A stretch of DNA of 64,000 nucleotides from Emiliania huxleyi CCMP1516 (GCF_000372725.1 NW_005201144.1:186001-250000); one strand, 5' to 3'; numbered from the stretch's first letter, positions 46,535 to 57,609 are shown. Program-made: numbers and translations. The notes: generated by a model from the letters alone, not told the origin.

Positions 46535-47974
46535 ATGCTGCTGACCCTTCCCGACGCTCTCCAGCTCCACGTGCTCATCTTCGTGTCGCTTCGCGACGTC
46601 CGCTCCGTCAAAGCAGTCTGCAGTGCCATGCTCGCCCACGCTCGCTCCATCCTACGAAATGCCGAGTGGCTCAGCCTGCACGGTGCTTCATTTGGCTTGC
46701 TGGAAGGCGCAAGCGCGGGCACCAGCACCAGCAGTGATGTGGTGGGCGCGGCCGGCGATGTGGTGGATATCACCTCGATCTTCACACCCGTGCCTGCGCC
46801 CCCGCCCGCGCCTGCCGGGGAGCTGCGCGCCTGCAGCAAGTGCGGTCAGAGCCTAGGCCGAGCTTCCTTTGGGAAGAAGCAGTGGCCCAAGGAGGAACGG
46901 AGGTGCCACCCGTGCTTGGGGCAGAAACCGCCTGTCCGCCATAACGCGCCGGCCACCGTCGAGCCTCTCACCTTGAGCTCGTGCGTCATGCTGCCCAGTG
47001 GCGCCCTCTGCCTGTCCGACCTCTCGACGCGCAAACTGCACTTGGTGACGCTGCGCGATGAGAAGCTCGGCGAGGTCGTCATGTCTGCTGGTGGCAGCCA
47101 GCTGTACGCCCCACGCCGTCTGACGTGCGGCAACGGCAAGCTCTTCTTCGCCTCGAAGCCCGCCGATGTGTCGGAGAAGACCGAACAGGAGCACGGCCCC
47201 TACCCAGCGACGGTGGTCGGATGGTGCACCATCGCGGATCTGCGCCCCGGCACGACGGTCGACCCCACCGTGCTTGAATGGGACGACGCACTGGGCGGAA
47301 CGACCAAAGAGGCGAGCGTGGAGGTGCATGGCGAGTCCTTGCACATCGCCGTCGGCGCGGGCATGGTGTTCGTGCTCACCGGAGAGCGCTGTCCCGGCGC
47401 CCGGCCGTGGGAGTATTACGACGATGGCGAGGACGATGACGACCGCGAGTACAAGGTGTTCGTGTTCAAGGACGGTGCGACGCGTCACCACCACAGCTTC
47501 TCTCTCGGAGAGTACTCGTTCTCTGACGCGCCGAACCAGCTCGTCTGCCTCGCACGCACTCTGCTGATGACCATGTGCGACAGCGTGCACGTCTTCTCTC
47601 TGGAAGGAGAGCCCCTTCGGAAGGTGGTCCCGGCCATCCCGCTCCATCTCGCAGGGACTCCCACCTCGTGCGGCTTCGAGGTGCAGGACATGTTCACCGC
47701 CAGCGGGAGGCTCTACCTGAGCGACATGCGAAACCTGCTGGTCTACTCGTGGGACGGGGCGGAGCTCACCCTGCTGCAGAGCGCGAGCGCCAGCGAGGGA
47801 TTTGCCGCGTTCGATATGTCGATCCCGATGCAGCGCCGCGCGCGCCGCGCGATGCGGCCTTGCGCAGATGAGAGCCACGTATGCTTGCTGTCCGCGCAAG
47901 GGGGGATGGAAAACGACGCTTACTCCCTGACCGCCCAGCTGTTTGCGGTGCGCGGAAGCCGCCGCGTGGTCTGA
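46535..47974 (+). CDS. F-box protein with a C4 zinc finger and a beta-propeller-like C-terminus
   Basis: MLLTLPDALQLHVLIFVSLRDVRSVKAVC (F-box), CSKC..SFGKKQW..RRCHPC, and beta-rich repeats (SVHVFSLEGEPLR, GRLYLSD). Confidence 0.65.
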   Translation: MLLTLPDALQLHVLIFVSLRDVRSVKAVCSAMLAHARSILRNAEWLSLHGASFGLLEGASAGTSTSSDVVGAAGDVVDITSIFTPVPAPPPAPAGELRACSKCGQSLGRASFGKKQWPKEERRCHPCLGQKPPVRHNAPATVEPLTLSSCVMLPSGALCLSDLSTRKLHLVTLRDEKLGEVVMSAGGSQLYAPRRLTCGNGKLFFASKPADVSEKTEQEHGPYPATVVGWCTIADLRPGTTVDPTVLEWDDALGGTTKEASVEVHGESLHIAVGAGMVFVLTGERCPGARPWEYYDDGEDDDDREYKVFVFKDGATRHHHSFSLGEYSFSDAPNQLVCLARTLLMTMCDSVHVFSLEGEPLRKVVPAIPLHLAGTPTSCGFEVQDMFTASGRLYLSDMRNLLVYSWDGAELTLLQSASASEGFAAFDMSIPMQRRARRAMRPCADESHVCLLSAQGGMENDAYSLTAQLFAVRGSRRVV

Positions 47975-48763
47975 CTTGCGTCTGGAGTAAGACACGTACG
48001 TGCGCCTCTAACTGCTCGCTTTGGTGCCTTTGGTGGCGATTTTTCCGGATCTTTAGGAATTCCCCTTCGATGGTGCGGGGGTACGGGTGTTCCAGGGGGT
48101 CACGACACGCACCGACCCTTCACGAGCCGAAAGGCTGTGCCCGGGGAAGGCACAGTAATCCGGCACGTGTTGGGCGCCCCATTCCGTAAAAAATAACGGG
48201 GTTAAGGCGGCTAGGTCGGCTCACAGGGCCCCGTCCACTTCCCTCTCCCACTTGGCGCGTGATGGTGTGGGGATGTCGCCCAGGCCAGGGCAGGGGCAGA
48301 GGGCGAGGGCGGAGGGCGGGACGGGCGCCAAGCGGGAGGGAGCGAACGGAGTGGAATGCACAGATGGGGGATGGCGAGGGCGGAGGGGCGGGAAGCGGGG
48401 AGGACGGCGGGAGGGTGGAAGTCGGCATCCCGCACGTGCTTGCGCAGCGCGCAGCGCAGCCTCCTCCTCCCGGATCCTGCTGAACAAGCTCCTCTTGTAG
48501 CTCGATCGGTCACACTGCCATCACCGCCGACGTCTCCCAGTGAGATGATGATGGAGAGGGGGGGCGACACTGCTTCAGCACGTGCACCTCGATCCTGTAC
48601 CGTGTTTGTTATGACCCCCCCCCCCCCCCAATGAACACACCAGTGAGGGAGGGTGAGACGATCGAGGGGTCCCGTACCATGCGGAATCGACCCTGCTCGA
48701 GTATCCATCAAGAGCTCAAGTGCTCAAGCTGGAAACAGTCGCCTCGCCTGCTCTGCTCCCGCA

Positions 48764-49490
48764 ATGGCTTCCCACCGCATCGGCGCCCGCCTGTCTGGCC
48801 TCTCACCAGAGCAGCTCGTCGCCTTCACCGACGAGCAGGCGCCTCTCTGGCGCGCCGCCGTGCTGCGCGTGGCGGAGGAGCACGCCGCACGGCTCGTGGA
48901 GCAGCCCGAGTGGTGCTCTCCGAGGTCCTCCTCTCGCCGGACCTCGCCCCGCACATCCTCGCCCAGCTGCCGACCAAGGAGCACGCCGTCAAGGGGACGT
49001 GCCGCGCGTGGCGCCGCGGCTGGAAGGAGACGCTGAAGAAGCGCGAGCGGCCACGCATGCTCGTGATCGGCGGCCAAGGCAGCGCTGGACGCGTCATCAG
49101 CTCGCTGGAGCGGTACGACCCGTCCACAAACGAGTGGGAGGAGGAGGCTGTGGCGACGATGCCGACGGCACGCGAGGTATGTCCGCACGGCGGTCCTCGA
49201 CGGCAAGCTGTACGCGGCGGGCGGCGTGGGTGTGGCCGACAACCTCGCAACATCCAACCTGGTGGAGCGGTACGACTTGGCCGCGAAGTCGTGGGAGGCG
49301 GTGGCTCCGATGGCGGTCGAGCAGTTTGCTCCCGCCGCGGCGGTGCTCGACGACAAAAGCTGTACGCTGTGGGAGGCTACAACGACGACGACAGCATTCT
49401 CAGCTCGGTGGAGCGGTACGATCCGGCGCTGGATGCGTGGGAGGCGGTGGCGCCGATGGGGGAGGAGCGGGACGGGCTCGCTGTGACGGC
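48764..49490 (+). pseudogene. F-box-like/Kelch repeat pseudogene
   Basis: VLLSPDLAPHILAQL..VKGTCRAW, and three Kelch repeats (LYAVGG..VERYDP..WEAVAPM) split over frames by at least three frameshifts. Truncated. Confidence 0.8.
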
Positions 49491-49774
49491 AAGCTGCGGA
49501 AGCTGCTCCGAAAGGCTGCGGGCATCGCTGCGGCACAAAAGCACCCGTCCTCTGCTTTGCTTCCCCCGCGTTTTACGACAACTTTCGGTTTATCATGGCC
49601 GCCGAAGTTAACTCTGTTTCTTCATATAGGCGTGGTGTGTTCGTATTATCTTCGACTAAGGCATTGGTTGCGTGGAGGCGGTGCGTATTCTCGTATTACC
49701 AGTACTATGTGTGTCTCGCGCTACTAGCTCCGAGTAGAGGGGGCGGTCTGCTGCTGTGGGGGAAACCCAAAGCG

Positions 49775-50066
49775 CGGAGCTAACCCTCGGAGACCCGTGT
49801 TATGGCCCTGCGACCGCGCACCCCCCTAGGGGTCAGGGCTTTCTTGCTCGACTTCTTGCTCGTAGCCCGCTGGGTGCGCTTCTTAGCTCCCCGGCCGTCG
49901 TGGATGGCGAGGCTGCCGACTGCACTTCATAAGCAGCGCACCCAGCGCGCGGGCCGGATACTCGGGACGGGCTGCGATCTACGAGCAAGACAGCCCTGAC
50001 CCTGCGGGGTGCGCGGTCAGGGCCATAACACGCGGGGTCTGAACACGTACACGAGGGTTGGCTCCG
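49775..50066. repeat. Tail-to-tail inverted pair of family E copies (foldback)
   Basis: GTGTTATGGCCCTG..ACCGCGCACCCC..GGTCAGGGCT..CTTGCTCGTAG..CGCTGGGTGCGCT followed by its reverse complement. Confidence 0.85.
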
Positions 50067-50322
50067 TGTACCGGGCCACTTGAAAAATCTTTCCGCGGTG
50101 TAAAAGAAAGATAGGAAACAGACAACCCAAGGGAGGGATGGGAGGACGGCACGCCGCCACCACACATGGATGTCCGCGTACTTCTTTCCGCGAGCACGTC
50201 AATCAAATAGCGGCGCCCGGGGGGGCATAGGTCTTCCCGCTTCCGCATAGGTCTTCGTGCTCGCCAACGCCGCAAAAGTGTTTTTCGCGACCGCCCCATC
50301 CTGCAACGGGGTGCATGTCAAA

Positions 50323-50810
50323 TTTTGGCCAGCTCTTTGAGAGACTCTCTTTCTCTTTCTCTTTGGGCCAGCTCTTTGAGATTCTCTCTTTCTCTTTCTC
50401 TTTGGGCCAGCTCTTTGAGATTCTCTCTTTCTCTTTTTTCTTTGGGCCAGCTCTTTGAGATTCTCTCTTTCTCTTTTTTCTTGAGAGCGCGCCTTCGTTG
50501 TTAATAGTACAAACCCAATGGTCCCTTGCTAGCGGTCCTTCGTTTTTTCTTTGGGCCAGCTCTTTCTCTTTCTCTTTGGGCCAGCTCTTTGAGATTCTCT
50601 CTTTCTCTTTCTCTTTGGGCAAGCTCTTTGGGATTCTCTCTTTCTCTTTCTCTTTGGGCCAGCTATGTGAGATTCTCTCTTTCTCTTTCTCTTTGGGCAA
50701 GCTCTTTGGGATTCTCTCTTTCTCTTTCTCTTTGGGCCAGCTATGTGAGATTCTCTCTTTCTCTTTCTCTTTGGGCAAGCTCTTTGGGATTCTCTTTGGG
50801 CCTGCTTCTT
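50323..50810. repeat. Pyrimidine-rich ~39-bp minisatellite
   Basis: Unit TTGGGC(C/A)AGCTCTTTG(A/G)GATTCTCTCTTTCTCTTTCTCT, about 10 copies, interrupted at ~50485-50545. Confidence 0.95.
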
Positions 50811-51411
50811 TAGGCCTGCTTTTGACTTGGAGCACTTGGAGTGCAGTTGGTAGCCTCACATCCAGGGCCGGGGAGCTCACATGCTCTTTCTTTCGGCCTG
50901 CTCTTGTTGGGCCTGCTCTTTGGGCCTGCTCTTTGGGTACACAGGCCGAGGTGGAGGGGGGGGTGGGGTGCGCGTACACACATGCGCGGAGCGCATACAA
51001 GTTGTATTCACAGTGGTATGCTGGTTTTCCTGTGTCCCTGATCGTCCTTACAAGATCCTGCTCGCGCAGGTGGGGACCCTGTCCTTCTCCCACCCCTTGC
51101 TTGGTGTGTCCGTTTTATTTATTTATTTATTTATGGGTTTCCTGTCCCCACCCGACGTGTGCAAAGCTGCCCGGCGAGCCATCCTCCTGCGACCAACACT
51201 CCGAGGAATCAACCGCTCCGTGCCGGCGGCGCCGAGGATCGCGTCGCGCCGGCGGGGGTGGTGACCGAGCGGGCAGTGGCTCCGCTGGCCGGCGCAGGGT
51301 CGCGCCAGCGGGGAGCAGGCGGCATCGACGCTGAACGGTCAGGAAATCCACCCCACCACACTCCCACCACACTGAACGACCACCGGCCAGTGTGGCCGCC
51401 GGGCATGACTT

Positions 51412-52260
51412 TCAGGTGGCAAAGTCGGCCTCAAACTCGTCGCGGTCGCGCTGGCGCGCCACACCGTCCGGTCCGTAGACGTCGAGCCTGGCCTGCGCGC
51501 GCTCGAGCCAGCTGAAGAGCGCGGGCTTGCAGCGCGAGTAAGCAAGCGCCAACTCGACCGCCTCGTACCAACGCTGCCTCAGGGTCAGGTTGGCCCTGCG
51601 GATCGCCCGTTCTTCGCCCTCTCGCAGCGGGCGCGCGCGCTTGTAGACAGGCCGTGAGGCGCCATGGTGGTGAGGGTGGTCCGCGAGTACATTATACACG
51701 CCAGCAGCGCGCTCGCCTCTGGTGCCGCGCAGCCCGACGATGGCCAAGGCGCCCGGCGGGTCTGCGGCGTCGGAGGATGGGAAGATTGCCATCTGCGCGT
51801 AGGGCTGCCGCGGGTTGCCGTTTCGAAACGGATCGACGCCCGGAATCGGATAGGCCGACTCCCATTCGCCGTCGCACTCCGTGGGGGCCACGCGGTGCCC
51901 GCGGGCGAAGGCGACGTACTGCGTGCAGCCGACCTCATCGGGCGTCACCCACCACCCACGCCAAAACGGCCCGTCGCGGTCGTCCCAGTAGTAGAGGTAG
52001 AAGGGCGTCTCAGCCTGGCGGTGGCCTCCCTCCGCCATGATCAGCGCGTCAAGGCTGCGGCGATATAACCAGATCTCCGGATCGCTGAACATTGCGCGCT
52101 GCTGGTTGAGCGTCTCGCTCAGCCGATCAAACAGCGCCGGATCCCGCGTCCTCGCGTCCTCGAAGAATGTGCGATACACTGCGAGAGCTGCCTCGGTGTC
52201 GTCCAGCTCGGTCAAAGGGGTCGCTCGAGCGACCACGTCACGCAAGCTAAAGAGGGACAT
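51412..52260 (-). CDS. Hypothetical protein with YYWDDRDG..W.GWW motif
   Basis: Intronless ORF of normal composition from MSLFSLRDV. The start may be further upstream (to 52407). Confidence 0.6.
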   Translation of the reverse strand: MSLFSLRDVVARATPLTELDDTEAALAVYRTFFEDARTRDPALFDRLSETLNQQRAMFSDPEIWLYRRSLDALIMAEGGHRQAETPFYLYYWDDRDGPFWRGWWVTPDEVGCTQYVAFARGHRVAPTECDGEWESAYPIPGVDPFRNGNPRQPYAQMAIFPSSDAADPPGALAIVGLRGTRGERAAGVYNVLADHPHHHGASRPVYKRARPLREGEERAIRRANLTLRQRWYEAVELALAYSRCKPALFSWLERAQARLDVYGPDGVARQRDRDEFEADFAT

Positions 52261-52618
52261 GGGCGTCCGGGACACGGCCTCCATCCATCGGAAACAAAAA
52301 ACCCGTGGCTTGTCGAGGAGGGCGAGCGTAGGTGGTGGCGTAGCATGCGCGGCGATCCGCATCCGGGGCATCCGGCATCGCGAGTGCACACGCATAATGT
52401 ACAACACATTCTCCGCTCTCTCTTTTTATATGTGAGGAAAAGAAGCCACACAAGATAAGCCCCGCGCCGGCAAGTAACAGGCGCCGCCGAGGCCATCGAC
52501 CATCGGCATGCCGCCGCACACTTTTTCAAACCCTAGATGAGATAGCGAAGGAAGGGAAAAAGGTGGGTCGGGGGGACTGAGCCCAAGCAGGCGCTGCGCG
52601 TATACCTAGGGCCGGGCG

Positions 52619-53659
52619 TTATGTACCCCAAGGAATGGTGAGAGTGATAGCGAGAGGCGCATCCTCGGCTACAACTGTTGGGCCAGCGCCGGCTTGAGCG
52701 TCGACCGTGCCGTCGTCGAGTCGAAGCTCGAGGGTCCCTCCACTCAGGCCGCTGTCACAAGCGTAGAAAGCGAGCTGCAATGTCAAGCAGTCTCCTCCGC
52801 CCTCTTCGTGGACAGCCTCCTCCGCATCACCAGGCTTCTCTCTGGGCCTCTCCCCGTGCTCGGCGCTGCCTGTGCGCATCGTGCTCACTGGCGGTGACCT
52901 TTGGGGGATCACTTCGAAGGTGGAAGCGGTGCGCAGAGCGGAGGCATCGACACCTTCCCATCCGTGCCTTGCCTGCTTTAGACGGGTAGCGCGCTCGAAC
53001 GAGGGAAGCGCATCCCAAGCAGAGGTCGACAAGCGTTCCGCCGCATAGCACCGACCAGCACACCGAGAAACCATCGCCAATCTGGTTGGCGGAGGGAATG
53101 GCATCTGCGCGGGCGTGCTCGTCCTCACGGTGTGTGGCTCCCCCGAGCCTGGCGGCGCAGCCCAGGCCGCGGAAGCACATTCGATTGAGCAAGAGAAGCG
53201 CAGCTCCGGCCGGAGTGCCGTGACGCCGTGCCTCACCGTCATGATGGAGCGCCCGGTCAACTCAAAGGCGCCGCTCCCAGAGACGAAACGCCAACTCGGG
53301 CGCACAAAGGGTCTGGGAGGCTGCGGACAATCAGAGCTCCCTGGGCCATTCGCGCTGGCAAGAGTAGAAGCTGCATCCCCTAGCACGTCGTCCTCGCCAC
53401 CTTGTGCCGCCGATGCCGTCGCCCAGCGTGCCTTTCGCTCTTCCGCTCGCCGAGCAGTTCTGTCTCTCTGATGCACTCGCGCCAGCTCCGAAGGTAGCAT
53501 GCCGAGCTCTGCTGCGCGCTCCTGCAGCATCCGCTTCCCCGCGCCGCCACGGGGCCTTCGTCGATTAGCCGCATCTTGCGCGTCCGTCGACTGGTTCGAC
53601 GGTTCGCCTTGCATGTCCGGCTGACCAACGATCGCAACCATGCGCTCGATGCAGCTCAC
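52619..53659 (-). CDS. Hypothetical protein
   Basis: 346-aa ORF with no recognised motif. Confidence 0.3.
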   Translation of the reverse strand: MSCIERMVAIVGQPDMQGEPSNQSTDAQDAANRRRPRGGAGKRMLQERAAELGMLPSELARVHQRDRTARRAEERKARWATASAAQGGEDDVLGDAASTLASANGPGSSDCPQPPRPFVRPSWRFVSGSGAFELTGRSIMTVRHGVTALRPELRFSCSIECASAAWAAPPGSGEPHTVRTSTPAQMPFPPPTRLAMVSRCAGRCYAAERLSTSAWDALPSFERATRLKQARHGWEGVDASALRTASTFEVIPQRSPPVSTMRTGSAEHGERPREKPGDAEEAVHEEGGGDCLTLQLAFYACDSGLSGGTLELRLDDGTVDAQAGAGPTVVAEDAPLAITLTIPWGT

Positions 53660-54665
53660 CCCGACGTACCGCTGCTCACCCCGGTACCGCCGGTCGATGA
53701 TTCACAGCCTTGTTATTGAGAAGAAAATACCTCCTATGGCGCTGTGCGTTCACAGCCTTGTTATTGAGAAAATACGTCGTGCTGCTGCTGCTGCTGTTAC
53801 GTCTTCGGTCCCCGCGGGAAGCCCCGCGCATAGGACAACAACGTCTGTCCCACACACACACAGACGCGCACATACATCATGCTCGGGCACACCCCACGTT
53901 GTAGTGGTGTGAGTACACAAGTACTAGCAGAGTGCACACCTACCTTGGCGGGTGAGGGTCGTAAGAATCAAAGCCTCTTGGTGCCAAACGTGCTCGAGCG
54001 CGCCGAAGAGAGACGATCTACGCTGAGGGAGTTAGCGAAAGTCGCACGGGCAGAGGGGAGACCGAGGCCTCCGGCAGTCCGCACCGCCTCGCGAAAGGGA
54101 AGCAACGATCAACTCCAGATTGGACTTGGGTGCGCCGAGCGCCGGCGCGTAGGTCGCGACCGACGCGCAGCGCGGGCACGTCGCGAGCACAGGAGCGCCG
54201 CGGTGCCGTGCCACTAACCTGGTTGTGCCGGGCAGGGCAGTGCTTGAACGACCACATCGCTGGCGCGGTGAGCACCGGATTGCCGCGACAGCGCGGTGGC
54301 GGGCGAGCGCCGCCAGCGCGGGCGAGCGCCGCCAGCGCGGGCGAGCGCCGCCTGTCTGTCTGTCTGCGTCTCGGTGACAACCGGTGGTGTGGTGTGAGGT
54401 GCCGTGGGCCCCAGTGACAGTGCAAATCAAAACAGACTCTAATTTTGTAATGTGAGCGCGGGCACACCCGCGTCCATGCGCTGCGGCAGCGTGCAGGCCC
54501 AGCAGGCGCGGCGGGCGGCGGGCGGCGCGGCCCCGCGCGTATCCGCCGCCTGTCCGCGGCGGCAGCGGCCCACTCTCGCTTACGTTCACGAATGAAAGCG
54601 CTCGCACTGCGTGTGAAGGTGGCGACGTGCGTGTGGCACGAGGCTCACTTCTGGCGCGAGACTCA

Positions 54666-55151
54666 CTAGGCGGTGAGATCGATGGTGGCCTCAGGTGGGC
54701 TGTCACCCGCGGGGTCGGCCTGCTGCTCGTCGTCGTCGCCTTCGCGATACGAGCCGGAGAACGATCGCTGGCGCTTGGAGCTCATCACCACGTCGCTCTC
54801 TGGCGGCGAGGGCTTCAGAGTCGAATGCTGGTGGCGCTCGAACATGCGGGCAAAGGCGAGGTAGCGGGTGGCGTCTTCCTCGGCAGAGTCTCGGTAGTAG
54901 GCGTCATACACCGCGGCCACGTTCTCCGGAGCGAGTACCTCCTTGAGGAGCTTGATCTTCTGATCCTGAGACAGAGGCGACGAAAGCTCCGAGTGCGACA
55001 CCTCGAGGCCACCGCCACTGACCAACACGAACTGCTTTTGGCCCGGCGTCGAGGAGAAACGCTCGCACGCGAGGCGGCCGCCGACAATGGCCACCTTTGC
55101 TACGAACTTCGCGGAGCCAACGCGGATGAGGAACTTGGGAGAGATTACCAT
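54666..55151 (-). CDS. Hypothetical protein (acidic tail ending TIDLT, SIM-like)
   Basis: 161-aa ORF with ATG start and globular composition. An AT-richer region lies upstream. Confidence 0.5.
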   Translation of the reverse strand: MVISPKFLIRVGSAKFVAKVAIVGGRLACERFSSTPGQKQFVLVSGGGLEVSHSELSSPLSQDQKIKLLKEVLAPENVAAVYDAYYRDSAEEDATRYLAFARMFERHQHSTLKPSPPESDVVMSSKRQRSFSGSYREGDDDEQQADPAGDSPPEATIDLTA

Positions 55152-55702
55152 CGTCTAGCCGCAGGGAACGCGGCTGGGAGCGTCCGTGCAGTCGGAACAC
55201 TGGGTGTTACGATTTTTGTTCCGAAGGGGTACACGCTGTTCCGAAGGGGGTACAGACTGCTTCAGGGAACAATCAGCAATCGTTACGGTTGCTTGTCCAA
55301 ATAAATCGTTGAACGGGCGTGAAAACTAAGGGGATTCTCCCTTCCAAAGTTTTTCCCGCCCCAATTCATGGGCGGCGACTGTGACTGAAATCACAGACAG
55401 ATGCGAGAGATAGCGTCACGTTATTAAAATGAACTCGGGGGCACGGGACGCGGCACAAACGGGGCACAAACGAGATAGCGTCATAGGACGTCTTATCTTC
55501 TGTCAGGAGTGTAGTGCAAGCGCCAAGCCGAGAGCTCGGCGGAGCTGCGGTTGAGCTCTGGCACAGCCCCCGACCCTGGACCCAAAAGCACAGCGCAGCC
55601 TCCGGCACGAGTCCACACGCCAGAGACGCGTGGCAGCTGAGTGTGGCCATGTCGAGAATGGGATGCCGCTATGACCGCGCGCGGCTTCTTGCGTTCTCGC
55701 CC

Positions 55703-56524
55703 CTAGTCGAGCTTGCCCGTGGGCCAGACGATGCCGTCAACCGGGATGTTGGCCACCGGGACCAGCCATAGCGCTGGCGATTCGCCGAGCCACTGGCGCA
55801 GGTTGGCCGCCCGGCCGAGGTCCCACGTGGCCCTCGCCCCTTCAAAGGCGGTCACGTTGCGCAGCACGTCGCGCAGGTTGGTGACGAAGAGGCAGAGCAG
55901 CAAGCCGCCGGTGAGCGTGTCGAGAAAAATGAGGAGGGCGGGGAGGGGCACGCTCCCGATCTCGGCCACCGCGAGCATCAGCCGCAGCGGCGAGGCGCTC
56001 AGGCTCACCGCGCGCAGAAGCGAGAAGCCGCCATCGCCCTCCCCGCCGTTTGCGCCAGACTTGAGGGCCGCGAGATCGAAGGCGGAGAGCGTGCCAGCGA
56101 AGGTGCACATGGCCGCGCCCCAGAACATGGTCAGGACGAAGAACTTGCGGTTGTGCAGTGCGACTGGCACACCGAGCCACCGGCAATTGTGGTCAAACCC
56201 GAGCAGGACGTGGCCCCTCGACTCGAACGCTCGCGGCGGCATCGCCCGGCCCGACTTCGAGCTTAGCACGACATCTCTCGCGCCTATCCGCTCCTGCCAG
56301 CCCGCCGGAAGCCGCAAATACGGCTGGCACAGCGTGCGCAGCCAGGACGTCAGCAGCAACGCCAGGATTGCGTGGCCAATAATGTGGAGCGGCGTGTTCC
56401 AACTCGTATCGCGGCTGCGTGTTATGGTGCCGACGTGAGCCACATAGTTGACGCCGACGATCCCGAGAAGCCCCGTGTTGCACGCGAAGGCGAAAAGCTT
56501 GAGCCGCCGGGTCTGGCTGAGCAT
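55703..56524 (-). CDS. DHHC-family palmitoyltransferase-like protein, DHNC variant
   Basis: 4 TM helices, PPRA...FDHNCRWLG..V..HNRKFF, NVTAFE (TTxE-like), WDLGRAANLRQWLG..LWLVP (PaCCT-like). Confidence 0.85.
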   Translation of the reverse strand: MLSQTRRLKLFAFACNTGLLGIVGVNYVAHVGTITRSRDTSWNTPLHIIGHAILALLLTSWLRTLCQPYLRLPAGWQERIGARDVVLSSKSGRAMPPRAFESRGHVLLGFDHNCRWLGVPVALHNRKFFVLTMFWGAAMCTFAGTLSAFDLAALKSGANGGEGDGGFSLLRAVSLSASPLRLMLAVAEIGSVPLPALLIFLDTLTGGLLLCLFVTNLRDVLRNVTAFEGARATWDLGRAANLRQWLGESPALWLVPVANIPVDGIVWPTGKLD

Positions 56525-56892
56525 TGGAAGGGACTGTCTGTCCTGCGAGCGTGTGACAACTCGGTCGCCGTCCGACCTTTTTGTGTACGTACTTTTAGCT
56601 TACTGGGAGAATTGTGTATGAGGAAGCGGGTGCCTCTTCTTCACACTGCCTGTCCGGCATTCACAGGCGTTTTATACAAAAGCCAGCCGCGGCGGGTTCG
56701 CCTATCGTGAACGCGGGGCAGCTACGACTCCTGGTGCGTCACGACTCAACGACAGCTGTGTCTCGCGCCTTGCGGGGGGGGAGCGGAAAGGAGGAACCTC
56801 TTCCCAGGCAGGCACTGGGTGGGTCCCCGGAGGGCGATCCTCAGGCCCTTCCAGTTGTACTGGGTCCGTCTCGCCGCCTGCTCGCTCTGCAC

Positions 56893-57609
56893 ATGGCGTC
56901 GATCAAGTGCCGCTGTGGCGCGGTGTCGGTCGCATTTGCCTGCGAAAAGCCCATCCACCAGCTCGAGTGCTGCTGCGTCGACTGCTACAGCAAGAACGTC
57001 TGGGCGTACAAAAAGGCCAGCGCTCCGCTGCCGAGCGGCGTGACGGGCGTCCACGGTGAGGGCAAGCCGCTCGACCTGCGCTACTGGCCAAATAAGCTCG
57101 CCGTGACGGGCAAGGAAAAGCTCGCCTTCAACAGACTCCGCGACGACGCGGCCTCCATCAGCATGGTGACGACGTGCTGCAGCACTCTTCTCTGTGTCGA
57201 TCACCCTTTCTACCAGACGAATGCTGTGCTGACGTTCCCTGAGTTCTGCCCATACATTGGGGCGGGCGAGCTGCCAGAGATCAGCACGCGCGCCTTCATC
57301 AAGGATTGGCCCGTGGAAAAGTATGCAGAGCTTCCGCCCAAGCCCGGCTTCTACTTGACTGCGGACGGTCCAGCATTTGAGCCACCCGGTCCGGAGACGG
57401 AGGCGGCATGCGCCCCCACGTTCACCGCCTTTGCCAACCCCCACATTTCCGCCGATGCGCCCGGCGAGACCTTCCAGGAGTTGCTGGCCGCGGCGGGCGG
57501 AAGTGTGGAGAGCCTCGGCCTGCCTGAAGGCGCCAACAGCAACCAGCTCAAGGCCAAGGCGGCGCTAGACTGCGGCCCGCCGGGCAGTCTCGCCACCGAG
57601 GCGAGTTGA
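56893..57609 (+). CDS. GFA/CENP-V (Mss4-like) zinc-binding domain protein
   Basis: CRCGAV...CCCVDC...TTCCST.L matches the CxCG / CxCxxC / CC-x-T pattern. Confidence 0.7.
   Translation: MASIKCRCGAVSVAFACEKPIHQLECCCVDCYSKNVWAYKKASAPLPSGVTGVHGEGKPLDLRYWPNKLAVTGKEKLAFNRLRDDAASISMVTTCCSTLLCVDHPFYQTNAVLTFPEFCPYIGAGELPEISTRAFIKDWPVEKYAELPPKPGFYLTADGPAFEPPGPETEAACAPTFTAFANPHISADAPGETFQELLAAAGGSVESLGLPEGANSNQLKAKAALDCGPPGSLATEAS

Noticed and set aside
50203..51334. KEKEKERISKSWP repeat ORF, or a CRISPR-like array
   Set aside because: Contiguous minisatellite with no unique spacers and no cas genes in a eukaryotic context; the ORFs are by-products.
53701..53770. 22-bp direct repeat TTCACAGCCTTGTTATTGAGAA
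   Set aside because: Only two copies with 26 bp between them; no recognisable element or array.
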